Below the pieces are notes generated by a model, which searched no databases, was not told the DNA's origin, and saw only the letters and a list, made by a program, of their open reading frames with translations. Positions 53,155 to 62,662 of a stretch of 64,000 bases of DNA are shown here, piece by piece. How positions within the stretch are numbered: position 1 is the first letter of the stretch; each line of letters opens with the position of its first letter. The stretch is from assembly GCA_963733035.1 (NCBI GenBank), contig CAVTBU010000005.1:224001-288000 (forward strand). Reading direction: 5' to 3'. Source of the stretch: Pirellulales bacterium (GTDB taxonomy: Bacteria > Planctomycetota > Planctomycetia > Pirellulales > PALSA-1355). The position numbers were made by a program, and so were the translations under genes.

Positions 53155-53331
53155 ATGCGACGATTGCTGATACATACGGCCCGCTTCTTAAGATCGGAAG
53201 ACGGCCCCACTGCGGTGGAATACGCGATTCTGTTGGCCTTGGTAATTCTCGTTTGCCTAACGGCAATTCGCGCCTTTGGCACCAAGACCAGCAGCTCATT
53301 CAGCAAATCAGCACAATCGATTGCCAGCTAA
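53155..53331 (+). CDS. Flp family type IVb pilin
   Basis: FLRSEDGPTAVEYAILLALV; GAGGT RBS. Confidence 0.9.
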   Translation: MRRLLIHTARFLRSEDGPTAVEYAILLALVILVCLTAIRAFGTKTSSSFSKSAQSIAS

Positions 53332-54002
53332 CGGTCAGCGCTACTCTTTGCTTGTTCCAAGCGTTCGATCTTGATGTTTCGTAGGGCGGCCGTCGTCGAG
53401 AAGCAGGAAATGCCCAGCGGGCGAGAAAGTTCCACTTCCGGCCGAATGGAGATTCTGCGATCCTTGGTGTCGATGTCGGCCATTTGTTTGCCGTCCAGCC
53501 AAGTCTCGATCTTGTCATCCGTCACGCGCACCCTCACCTTGTGCCACTTGCCGTTGTTGAACTCCTGATAGCGAGTCGTCTCATTCTCAGACGCGTCGCT
53601 GCCGTCGATGCTCGATAGGCCGATCACACCGCCACCCCAGCCGCCGATGATGAACGTGCAGGGGTCGTCGCTCACGGGAAACGTCAGTCCGCAAAAGAAG
53701 TCGCTGCCGTCGACCCGCATCGTTTCCAGCGATATTTCGTAGTTCACTCGCGGGTAATCGCCGGTCCAGGTGATGCCCGTTAGCGGATTACCAGCTCGCA
53801 TAATGATCTGGCCGTCTTCGACGTCGACGTCCCCTTCACCACCAAATTTCGTTTTTTTCCAGCCGTCAAGCGATTTACCGTCAAACAGGATTTGACTCTT
53901 ACCGGACTTGCTGGGATCACCCGCGCGCGTCACGGTGGGGCCGACCACGGGCAATGAAAACACGAAAAATACGACGGCCTTCGCTACCCACCCATTTCGC
54001 AT
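53328..54002 (-). CDS. DUF1080 (3-keto-disaccharide hydrolase-like) exported protein
   Basis: Signal peptide, LFDGKSLDGW, GSDFFCGLTFP, W..VRVRV, LRNIKI. Confidence 0.88.
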   Translation of the reverse strand: MRNGWVAKAVVFFVFSLPVVGPTVTRAGDPSKSGKSQILFDGKSLDGWKKTKFGGEGDVDVEDGQIIMRAGNPLTGITWTGDYPRVNYEISLETMRVDGSDFFCGLTFPVSDDPCTFIIGGWGGGVIGLSSIDGSDASENETTRYQEFNNGKWHKVRVRVTDDKIETWLDGKQMADIDTKDRRISIRPEVELSRPLGISCFSTTAALRNIKIERLEQAKSSADR

Positions 54003-54218
54003 TGCCAACCTGCTCCCAGAAGATCAAGTTTCCACCCGGCGCAAATACCGACGAGGCACCGGCCTACCATAGCCGCGCCGCCGGTGCGGGGCAAGGAATT
54101 TCCGCGAGTCGCGACGCTCCCCCTTTGGTCGTGCCGCTGGCGCAATTAAAATGGCAGCTCCGGGGTCCCGGCCCATCAGCCAATCGCCACACCAAGAAAT
54201 CACACCAGGAAACCGACC

Positions 54219-55064
54219 ATGCGCAACCACTTCGCCTCCGTCGTCCACGCGACGTTGTTCGCCACGGCCGTAATGATGGCCGCTTCGCCGGCCGCGTTTG
54301 CCGTCGAATTCCCCGACAAGAACCTCGAAGCTGCCCTCCGCAAGCTGGTGTTCGAAAAGCGAAACAACACCGAGGAACTTACCGACGACGATCTTCGCAA
54401 GATCTCCACCCTCGAAGCCAAGGGGCAAGGCATCAAGAACCTCGCGGGGTTGGAGCACTGCGCCAACTTGCTGCTGCTTGACCTGGCGAATAACGAAGTG
54501 AGCGATCTCGGGCCAGTCAAGAGTCTGGTCAAACTGCAGTCGCTCACCTTGTCCCAAAATAAGATTTCGGATCTCGTACCGATCATGGAATTGGACAAGT
54601 TGCAATACTTAAACTTGGAAGGCAACCAGGTTCGATTGTTGCAGCCCCTGAGCGGGATGACGAAACTATCGGCGTTGTATTTGGCTGATAATCAAATCGA
54701 AAGCGTCGCCCCGCTGGCAGGCCTGACGCGGCTTTCGTCGCTCGACTTGGCCAAGAACAAAATCAGCGACATCAATCCGCTCAACAACATCCCGCGGCTG
54801 AACGTCCTGAAGTTGAGCGACAACGCCGTTGCCGACATCGCCCCGGCTACCGCCCATCCTCCGCAAAGCATGCTACTGATCGAGCGCAATAAGATCGAGG
54901 ATCTCAAGCCGCTCGTGGCCGCGGCCAAGGCCGACTCCGAAGGGCAAAAAACGTTCGCCCCGTTTCTGCGGCTGTTTCTCGAGGGCAACCCGCTCTCCGA
55001 AGCAGCCAAGAACGAACAGCTCGCCGAACTAAAGCGAGCAGGCGTGCGCGTCGAGAACCAATAG
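54219..55064 (+). CDS. Internalin-like leucine-rich repeat exported protein
   Basis: Signal peptide, FPDKNLEAALR cap, about 8 repeats of 22 aa (LxxLxLxxNxIxDL.PL). Confidence 0.92.
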   Translation: MRNHFASVVHATLFATAVMMAASPAAFAVEFPDKNLEAALRKLVFEKRNNTEELTDDDLRKISTLEAKGQGIKNLAGLEHCANLLLLDLANNEVSDLGPVKSLVKLQSLTLSQNKISDLVPIMELDKLQYLNLEGNQVRLLQPLSGMTKLSALYLADNQIESVAPLAGLTRLSSLDLAKNKISDINPLNNIPRLNVLKLSDNAVADIAPATAHPPQSMLLIERNKIEDLKPLVAAAKADSEGQKTFAPFLRLFLEGNPLSEAAKNEQLAELKRAGVRVENQ

Positions 55065-55079
55065 CTCAGAATCGGATCG

Positions 55080-55856
55080 CTACTTGGATTTCAACGGCGT
55101 TCCCTGCGCGGATCGTAGCGGCGGTGACTTGGCGCTAATGCCTTGGGACGGCACGGCGCGCACCGGCGGAGCCGCCCGTCGTCGCAACGGAGTTGCTCGC
55201 TCCCAGGGATGGCGGGGAGTGTTGTCAACCGTATCGCGCGGATCCGGCGTCTGCGGTGCCGTTTTGACCCGAGATTTGGTCGGCGCATTGCGCTGGGGCG
55301 GCATGCTCTGTGCTTGACGACGGCTGGAAGGTTGTTGGCCGCGCGGTTTGCTCGCCTCAACTCCCAGGTTCGATTGCCGCCGAGGCGCCGGTGAAGTCCG
55401 CTGCCAAGGCACGCGAGGAAGAGAAGGCGTGGTCGGCGGCCGCCGCAACATCTGCCAGTTTCTAATTGCGTCGCTCGCTTGGTTGTCCTCGGCTTCGACA
55501 TTCTCTGGTCTGACGTTCGGCTTGGTCAGATTGCGTACCGCCTCGGTCGACTTTTGCCGCAGGTTTTTAGGCCGCGCCTGGTCGACCTTGCGCTCAAGAG
55601 GCGGCGGATCTGGAAGATTCAAAACGTCCGGGAACGGCAATATTGACCGAGACGCGTCGGCGTCGAATGGACGGCGGCCACCGTCCGCGGGGACTGTCAG
55701 CTCGGGGTGCGGCTCGTTCAACTGCCCGCTCGCGTCCTCTGCCGCTCCCGGTGCAAGGCCAGGCAACAGGGGTCCGTCCTGTGCGACCGCCCAATTCAAG
55801 AGGGCCACCACCGTCAGGGGCCCGCTTAATACCCAGCGTAGCAGCGCTCCCTTCAT
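55080..55856 (-). CDS. Exported Pro/Arg-rich hypothetical protein
   Basis: Signal-peptide-like N-terminus (AVA|Q), GGAG RBS, low-complexity body. Confidence 0.5.
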   Translation of the reverse strand: MKGALLRWVLSGPLTVVALLNWAVAQDGPLLPGLAPGAAEDASGQLNEPHPELTVPADGGRRPFDADASRSILPFPDVLNLPDPPPLERKVDQARPKNLRQKSTEAVRNLTKPNVRPENVEAEDNQASDAIRNWQMLRRPPTTPSLPRVPWQRTSPAPRRQSNLGVEASKPRGQQPSSRRQAQSMPPQRNAPTKSRVKTAPQTPDPRDTVDNTPRHPWERATPLRRRAAPPVRAVPSQGISAKSPPLRSAQGTPLKSK

Positions 55857-56020
55857 TGGGCACGATACTCCTGACGGTTGGCGAACAAGGAAAATGAACA
55901 AGGCATCGGCAGCCTGTCGGCTATCGTTATTCTCGTCGACCGCCCCCCGACCGGATGCGACTTTAGGGCATGCTCGTTAGAACCGTTGCCATCCGTCTTC
56001 GCCGCGCAAACCGAGTTCCG

Positions 56021-56036
56021 CGGCACGCTGCTTGCA
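56021..56036 (+). promoter_or_regulatory. Sigma54 (-24/-12) promoter upstream of ku
   Basis: CGGCACGCTGCTTGCA matches the YGGCACG-N4-TTGCW consensus. Confidence 0.7.
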
Positions 56037-56141
56037 CTGCCAGCATGCCCTAGGGTTTAATACGTCAACAGCCACCTTAAACGCGGTCGAGACGGGGCTT
56101 TGCGCAACGACTGGCCGCCTCGAAAAGAGGGACGTGCGGCC

Positions 56142-57014
56142 ATGGCCATGCGCTCGAGTTGGAAGGGCTATCTGAAGCTAAGCCTCGTCTCGGTGCCCGT
56201 ACAGGCTTTTAATTCGGCGGCAGCGAGCGGGGGCGAAATCCACTTCAACCAATTGCACTCGGAGTGCCACAGCCGCATTCGCTATCAAAAGGTGTGCCCA
56301 ATTCACGGCGAGGTGAGCAAGGACGAAATCGTCCTGGGCTATGAATACGCCAAAGGCAAGTACACGATCGTCGATCCCGAGGAAATCGAAAAGCTTCGCC
56401 GTGAAAACGACCGCGCCATCAACATCGCAGAGTTTATCGCCCCCGATGCGCTCGATCCGGTTTATCTCGACGGGCGAAACTACTACCTGGTTCCCGATAC
56501 TCCGGTCGGGCAAAAGCCGTACGCCGTGCTGCACGACGCCATGACCAAGCGCGACCGGCACGGGCTTGCCCGCGTGATTTTCTCCGGCAAGGAGCAGCTC
56601 GTGCTCGTGCGCCCGATGAACGGCCTGCTGATGATGTCGATGCTCAACTACGAAAGCCAGATTCGCAAACCGGAAGCCTTCGAAGACGAGGTACCGCGGC
56701 CCAAAGTTTCCTCTCAGGAGGTGAAGCTGGCCGAGATGCTGATCGACGCCTCGACGTCCAAGAAATTCGATTTCTCGAAATATCAAGACTTGTATACTGA
56801 GCGATTGACCGAGCTGATCAACGCCAAGATCGAAGGGAAAGAGGTCGTGGCTCCGCCGTCGGAGGAAGAGGTACCAGTCATCAATCTGATGGACGCACTC
56901 AAGCAAAGCCTGAACAAATCCGGCAAACGAGCCGCTACCGAAAGAGCAAAACCCGCCAAAAAAATGGCCGCCAGCCGACGACAAACGACACCCGGCAAGC
57001 GAAAATCTTCGTAA
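56142..57014 (+). CDS. ku: Non-homologous end joining protein Ku
   Basis: RSSWKGYLKLSLVSVPV, FNQLH, RIRYQK, GYEY, YYLVP, KPY, VINLMDALKQSL, basic C-terminal tail. Confidence 0.96.
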   Translation: MAMRSSWKGYLKLSLVSVPVQAFNSAAASGGEIHFNQLHSECHSRIRYQKVCPIHGEVSKDEIVLGYEYAKGKYTIVDPEEIEKLRRENDRAINIAEFIAPDALDPVYLDGRNYYLVPDTPVGQKPYAVLHDAMTKRDRHGLARVIFSGKEQLVLVRPMNGLLMMSMLNYESQIRKPEAFEDEVPRPKVSSQEVKLAEMLIDASTSKKFDFSKYQDLYTERLTELINAKIEGKEVVAPPSEEEVPVINLMDALKQSLNKSGKRAATERAKPAKKMAASRRQTTPGKRKSS

Positions 57015-57094
57015 ACGGCCCGCCGCTTGGAACCGGGAAAACGGCCACGGCGTTATTTGATCCGAGACCGAGTACAGCAACGGAGTGTAGACGC

Positions 57095-58264
57095 GTGGCT
57101 CAAACGCTCGCCAACACCAACTGGCTCCAAGGCAAACGCGTTGTCCTGGCCGGGCGGTTAGCCTCGATGACCCGTGATGAAGCAGCGCAATTGATCGCTG
57201 CTCACGGAGGTGTGCTTGCCCGCTCGATTACACGATCCGCGTCGGTTGTGATCGTGGGCCGCGAGGGCTGCCCGCTGGCGCGCGATGGTCGCCCTAATCG
57301 CAGACTGCGACGCGCGCTGGCACTCGTCAAACAAGGACACGAGGTGGAAATCCTGCCCGAGGAGGAGTTGCTAGCCCGGCTGCACCGCCCCACGGATCGT
57401 TTCCAGCATCACTTCACGCTGCGCGAGCTGTCGGAAATGTTAGCCGTGTCGACTGAGCGGCTGCACGTGTGGCTCCGCGCGGGACTGATTGAACCGGCCG
57501 AAATCGTCGACGGCATACGCTACTTCGAGTTTCGCCAGGTGGCCGGCGCCAAGAGCTTGTGTGAACTCGTGCGCAGCGGCGTGACCACCGCCCGCTTGCG
57601 ACAGAGCCTGCGACGTCTGCGCAAGTGGCTCGGCGATATTGAGGATCCACTCTCGCAGTTAACGACGCTCGAGCACTCTCGCCAACTCGTCGTGAGGCTG
57701 GATAATGGCCAACTCGCCGAACCGAGCGGTCAATTGCTGCTCGCGTTCAGCGCCGAACCGGCCGAGACGCTGCCGACTTCCGTCCCCTGGACCGCTGAAA
57801 GCAGGTCGGTCGAAGAATGGTTCGAACTCGGCTGTCAGGCCGAGGACCGCGAGGACTTTCAGCAGGCGACCCATGCGTTCCGCCAAGCGCTGCTCGCCGG
57901 CGGCCCCGCGGCCGAGATCTCCTTCAACCTGGCCAACGTACTCTGTTCGCTGGGTGACTACGCTCGAGCCAGCGAACGCTATCGGCAGGTGCTCGAGCTG
58001 GATCCGAACTTCTGCGAGGCGTGGAACAACCTGGGAACCGTACTCACTTACGAAGGTGAAAATGCCGAAGCGGTGACAGCTTATCGGCATGCGTTGCGGC
58101 TGCACGCAAGCTATGCTGACGCGCACTACAACCTGGCCGATACGCTCGATGACCTCGGGTGCACTGACGAGGCCGCGGAACATTGGCGGAGATATCTCGA
58201 ACTCGAACCGCGCGGGCCGGGTGCCGAATACGCACTCGACCGTCTCCATCAGCGGCCGCGTTAG
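57095..58264 (+). CDS. BRCT + MerR-like HTH + TPR protein
   Basis: LQGKRVVLAGRLASMTRDEA..LI..HGG (LigA-type BRCT); FTLRELSEMLAVS..RL..W..AGLIEP (MerR-like HTH); about 4 TPRs (FNLANVL, AWNNLG, AHYNLA). Confidence 0.85.
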   Translation: MAQTLANTNWLQGKRVVLAGRLASMTRDEAAQLIAAHGGVLARSITRSASVVIVGREGCPLARDGRPNRRLRRALALVKQGHEVEILPEEELLARLHRPTDRFQHHFTLRELSEMLAVSTERLHVWLRAGLIEPAEIVDGIRYFEFRQVAGAKSLCELVRSGVTTARLRQSLRRLRKWLGDIEDPLSQLTTLEHSRQLVVRLDNGQLAEPSGQLLLAFSAEPAETLPTSVPWTAESRSVEEWFELGCQAEDREDFQQATHAFRQALLAGGPAAEISFNLANVLCSLGDYARASERYRQVLELDPNFCEAWNNLGTVLTYEGENAEAVTAYRHALRLHASYADAHYNLADTLDDLGCTDEAAEHWRRYLELEPRGPGAEYALDRLHQRPR

Positions 58265-58268
58265 AGCG

Positions 58269-59765
58269 TCACGTCTTATTCGCTTCGGCCGGCTTCCCGT
58301 TCTCTTCGGTCTCGGCCGGTCTGAGCAAATCCTCACCCTCCTCGGAGGGTCGCGCCAGGTCAGCTTGCTGTTGGATCTCCCCCTTTTCGCTCGCCAATCC
58401 ACCTTCGGCCAAGGTCGCCATAGCGCCTTCCCGCGTCGACACCGGCGACCGTGTGTGGGGCGCCGGAACGCTCGACGTCGCCTGACGCGCGCGCCCTTCT
58501 TGTTCCGACATTTGCACGGGCACGCCTTGCGGAAAGACGAGTTCACGCGTCTCGAAGGGAATCGTAATTCCGTGTTCGTTGAATGCTTGCTTGATCAGCC
58601 GAATGAGTGCCGACTTCACTCTCATCCAGCTATGCTCTTCAACGTTTACCCAAAAATAGACTCTCAGCGTCACGGCGGACGTTGCAAACTCCTCGGCTAG
58701 TACCATCGGCTCCGGGTCCTCGAGGACGGCCGGATGATCATGCAACAGCGATAGTGCAATTTCCTGCGCTTTGGCGACGTCGACGCTGTATGCCACGCCG
58801 ACCGTAAAGTCCGTCCGACGATTCGGGCTACTAGTGTAGTTGATGATGGTACTCTTATAGACCGCGGAATTGGGAATTTGCACGTGGTTCCCCTCGAACG
58901 TCATCAGCAGCGTCGTGCGGACGTTCATCCGCTGTACGATGCCCATGACCCCGTTGATTTCGACCAGGTCGCCATTGAGAAACGGAGTCTGCACACTCAG
59001 AAAGATGCTAGCCAGAAAATTCTCCGTGATATCGCGGAACCCGATGCCTAGCACCAACCCGACCAGGCCCGTGCCGCCGAGGACCGTCAGCGCCAGGCGC
59101 GTCAATCCCGACACATACAACACGACGTAGAGTCCAAACAGCATCACCAGTGCACCGCCGATCCAGGCCGCAACACCGCGCAATAGCTGGCTGCCAAATC
59201 GACGACGAAACAGGATTAGCAGCAGCCTATTCGTCAGTCGTGCGGCCAAATACGCCAGCACGATGATCCCGAGGCAAAACAACAACCAGGGGGAATGGCG
59301 CACGCTGGTTCGCCATAAATCATAGATCCCGTTGAGCGCGGGCCTGAAATCCCAGACCGACGGCTGGATCACGTCGATCAAATTGACCACCGCGACGACG
59401 TCCTGCGTGCTTCGCGCCAAGTCGCCGGCCCACTGTTTCCGCTCGTCCGTTTCAGTCGAACCGCGCAGAAAGGCCACGCCTTCCTGTACCTCAACATCCG
59501 GCTCATAGAACCAGTCGGGAGTGGCCTTGAGGATCTTTTCCAGACGATCGGCAATTTGATCGTCGCTAACTTTGGGCTTAACGTCTATCTGCGCGGCGGG
59601 CGATTCCGGACCAGGTGCCTTCCCCGGCGGTACGGGCTTGAGTTCATCGTCCGTCACGCCTTTACCGGTTTGCGCGGGCAATTGCGCGCGCGTTCCGCCC
59701 GCGATTCCCACCAGAATTGCCAGTCCCAGCAATCCGAGGCCGACCCGGTAGCGCCACTGGTTCAT
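58269..59765 (-). CDS. MscS family mechanosensitive channel with periplasmic BON-like domain
   Basis: DVEVQEGVAFLRG...DVVAVVNLI (BON); GLVLGIGFRDITENF, PF..GD, IPNS, GITIPF. Confidence 0.92.
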   Translation of the reverse strand: MNQWRYRVGLGLLGLAILVGIAGGTRAQLPAQTGKGVTDDELKPVPPGKAPGPESPAAQIDVKPKVSDDQIADRLEKILKATPDWFYEPDVEVQEGVAFLRGSTETDERKQWAGDLARSTQDVVAVVNLIDVIQPSVWDFRPALNGIYDLWRTSVRHSPWLLFCLGIIVLAYLAARLTNRLLLILFRRRFGSQLLRGVAAWIGGALVMLFGLYVVLYVSGLTRLALTVLGGTGLVGLVLGIGFRDITENFLASIFLSVQTPFLNGDLVEINGVMGIVQRMNVRTTLLMTFEGNHVQIPNSAVYKSTIINYTSSPNRRTDFTVGVAYSVDVAKAQEIALSLLHDHPAVLEDPEPMVLAEEFATSAVTLRVYFWVNVEEHSWMRVKSALIRLIKQAFNEHGITIPFETRELVFPQGVPVQMSEQEGRARQATSSVPAPHTRSPVSTREGAMATLAEGGLASEKGEIQQQADLARPSEEGEDLLRPAETEENGKPAEANKT

Positions 59766-59993
59766 GACTCGCAATCTCTCCCTCGCCCCAACGGTTTTTT
59801 GAATGTCCGCATGTCGGCGCTATTATTCGGATCCCGACAACCCCTCGGACTGTCGCAACTTGTGCCAAACAGACACGGTTGCCCTGCCGCCCGGCGTATT
59901 CTAAAACCACGGTTTCTGATGAAGCAACTACCCGACGCGGACACTTCGCTCGGGCTTGAGGTTTTGACGAATCGAAGATCGGCTGAGGACTCC

Positions 59994-61237
59994 ATGTCAG
60001 CGTTGCGTTACGGCATTGTCGGTGGCGGATTCATTTCCGCGTTTCAACTCAAGGCCCTGCGCCAAGTGCGCGGCGTCGAAGTGGCAGGACTCGTATCGCG
60101 CCGGCCGCCGAATGAATTGGCGGCCTACGTTCGCCAACACGGCCTAGGCGAAGGCAAAATCTACGACAGCATCAAGGAAATGGCGCCGCACGTCGACGTC
60201 ATCGCCATCTTCGCGCCGAACTTCGTGCGGGTGGCAATGGTCGAAGAGCTCGTCGATGCCGTGAAGACCGGCGCGCGCACCTCAAGGGCGTCATCTGCGA
60301 AAAGCCGCTTGGACGCAATCTAAGCGAAGCACGGCGACTGGTGGAACTCGTCGAGTCGGTCAAGCTGCCACACGCCTACTTCGAAAACCAACTGCATATG
60401 AAGTCGATCCAGGCCCATCGGGCGCAGCTCGCCCCGATCATCGAGGCCATGGGACCTCCGGTGCTCGCCCGGTCCTCGGAAGAACACGCCGGTCCGCATA
60501 ATCCCTGGTTCTGGGATCCGGTGCGTCAGGGAGGCGGCGTGATGAGCGATATGGGCTGTCACTGCCTGGCCGTCGGTTGGTACGCCCTCACGCCGCCGAG
60601 TAAGAGTCCCACGTTCCTCCAGCCGCAAAGCGTGATGGCCGACCTGTCGCTGCTTAAATGGGGCCAACCTCGTTGGAAGCAGGAGTTGCGCGAGAAACTC
60701 GGCGTCGATTACGACCAGACACCGGCCGAGGACTTTGCCACCGGCATGGTCACCTACAAAAATCCCGACAGCGGAGCCAAGGTAAAAAGCCAGTTCACCG
60801 TTTCCTGGATGTACGACAAGCAGGGGCTGCGGCTGGCGCTCGACGGTATCGGCCCAGGCTATGCCTTTGAAATGAATACCCTCCGATCCCCGCTGGAGAT
60901 CTTCATTGGCGATTTGGCCGCCAGTGGCGCGGCCGACAGCGAGTTGGCGCTGGAAAAGTCGCAATCGACTCGAGGATTGCTGGCAGTCCACAGCAACGAA
61001 GCGGACTTGTACGGCTACAACGACGAAAACGAAGACGCCATCGCGGCATTCACGCGGAATCGCCCACCGATGCTCGACTGGCACTATGGCGTCGAAATCG
61101 TACGGTTGACGATGGCCGCCTATCTGTCCGCCGAGCGACGCGCAACAGTGGACCTGACCGACCCGGCGACGGAGCGCGAACTCGAAACCTACGTACCACT
61201 CATTCAGCAAGGGCGCGGTGGCGAAGTGTTACGGTAG
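59994..61237 (+). CDS. Gfo/Idh/MocA family oxidoreductase, frameshifted near 60272
   Basis: LRYGIVGGGFI; restoring the frame gives KTGAHLKGVICEKPLGRN; WFWDP..QGGGVMSDMGCH. Confidence 0.88.
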
Positions 61238-61366
61238 TAGCGTCTGGCGCGAACACGTGGAGACCTTCGCTGCCGGCAAAGGTAGTGGGAAAATTGCCGA
61301 CTTTCGCGGCGCGAAGTACAATCGTGTTGCCTGACGTGACGGTTCCACGCACACCCGAGGTCGACC

Positions 61367-61558
61367 ATGCACGAACGTCCCGAAATCGAACAGTGGCTCA
61401 GCGAACGCGGCTATCCGCCAGCGGCGATCGAGAAGATTCTCGAACGACTAGATCGCTTCGATGCCAAGATCAACCGCGAGAGCGTCTTCGACGCCATTTC
61501 GACCGGAGAAATCGACATGGACTCACTAATCAAGGAAGTCCTCGGCGACAGCACCTGA
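61367..61558 (+). CDS. Small acidic hypothetical protein
   Basis: 63 aa helical-looking ORF with GAGGT RBS that fills the intergenic gap. Confidence 0.7.
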   Translation: MHERPEIEQWLSERGYPPAAIEKILERLDRFDAKINRESVFDAISTGEIDMDSLIKEVLGDST

Positions 61559-61664
61559 TCGAGTCCCAGGCCCGTGCACGACGAGCCGGGAAACGTCTTG
61601 CTGTGGGATGCGCTTCCCTAGACTGGTCGGATCAAGCCTTCGCGCGATTTGCCTTTGCCGCGCT

Positions 61665-62414
61665 TCACGCTCCGGCGCCATTCGCGGCGATCAGATGATC
61701 CTCGGACAAATGAAAGTCGACCACGAGCGGCAAGTGGTCGCTGGCCACCTTGGCGAGCGCGCTGCGTACCACGCGAGCCTGGCGCACAAAAACATCGCCG
61801 CGGCAGAATGCCTTGTCGAGCGAGCCCATGGGAAAGTATGCCGGAAATGATCGAAACCGCGAAATTGGCGCCGTAACCTGTGTAAAACGGTGCTCGGCGA
61901 ATGGGCCGGTTCCGAGCGTGTTCCGCCAGTCATTGCTGTCGCCAGCAACCAGTATCGGCAGATCCGCGGCCTGCCGAAACAGGTGGTGGTTCAGCAAGTG
62001 CCCCACCTGCCAATGTCGTTCTTTTTCTGCTAACCCCAAATGCCAGTGCACCAGGTGCAATGGCCCTTCGGGCGTCTCGACGATTGCCAATTGCGCCCCA
62101 CGTGGGCGTTTGCCTCCCATCCGCAGTGAGATTTGATGGCAGGAGTGAATCGGCCAACGGGAGAGTATCAGGTTCCCGTAGCCGCCGGTCTTGAGCCGCA
62201 CGGTCGTCTGACGGAGCCGCGCGACGGCATTGAAATGCTTCGCGAGCATTTCGCATTGATCGTGAAACCGGGAGCGCCGGCAATTGTGATCGACCTCCTG
62301 TAGGCAGATCAGATCGGGATTTTCTCCCTCGATGACGTCGATCACCCGCGCCAGGTCATAGCGCCGATCGCGGCCGCCAATTCCCTTGTGGATGTTGTAA
62401 CTCAATAGCCGCAT
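61665..62414 (-). CDS. Endonuclease/exonuclease/phosphatase family protein (YbhP-like)
   Basis: LLSYNIHKG, CLQEVD, GN.ILSR, HLGL, AGDSNDW, SDHLP. Confidence 0.93.
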   Translation of the reverse strand: MRLLSYNIHKGIGGRDRRYDLARVIDVIEGENPDLICLQEVDHNCRRSRFHDQCEMLAKHFNAVARLRQTTVRLKTGGYGNLILSRWPIHSCHQISLRMGGKRPRGAQLAIVETPEGPLHLVHWHLGLAEKERHWQVGHLLNHHLFRQAADLPILVAGDSNDWRNTLGTGPFAEHRFTQVTAPISRFRSFPAYFPMGSLDKAFCRGDVFVRQARVVRSALAKVASDHLPLVVDFHLSEDHLIAANGAGA

Positions 62415-62662
62415 TGTCTCGCGCCGTCTCCATCCCTTTCAGCAGCGGCAAAGCTACGCGTAAGCTCGCCGTGGAAACCCTACTTTTTCTTACGTCAGAT
62501 CGCCCTGTACCGTTCTATACTCCGTCAATATCCTGTCAAACCGAGGAAAATCTTGCGTCTACCCCAGGGTGCTTGCGAGCGCAGTCCCGCGCAGTTAGCC
62601 TGGACCAACAAAGTCGGGCGTCAAACGGTAAGGCCCTGAAAATCCCCCCGGAGTTCGCAATC

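Noticed and set aside
54400..54910. 66-nt periodicity as a possible repeat array
   Set aside because: Explained by 22-aa leucine-rich repeats; no identical repeats with spacers.
59854..59868. Sigma54-like TGGCACAAGTTGC upstream of mscS (minus)
   Set aside because: Spacing is GG-N8-GC rather than the required N10.
16235..61237. Calling the six frameshifted genes pseudogenes or programmed frameshifts
   Set aside because: Each has one lesion, shares the same sequence context, and lacks decay or a slippery heptamer; sequencing error is more likely.
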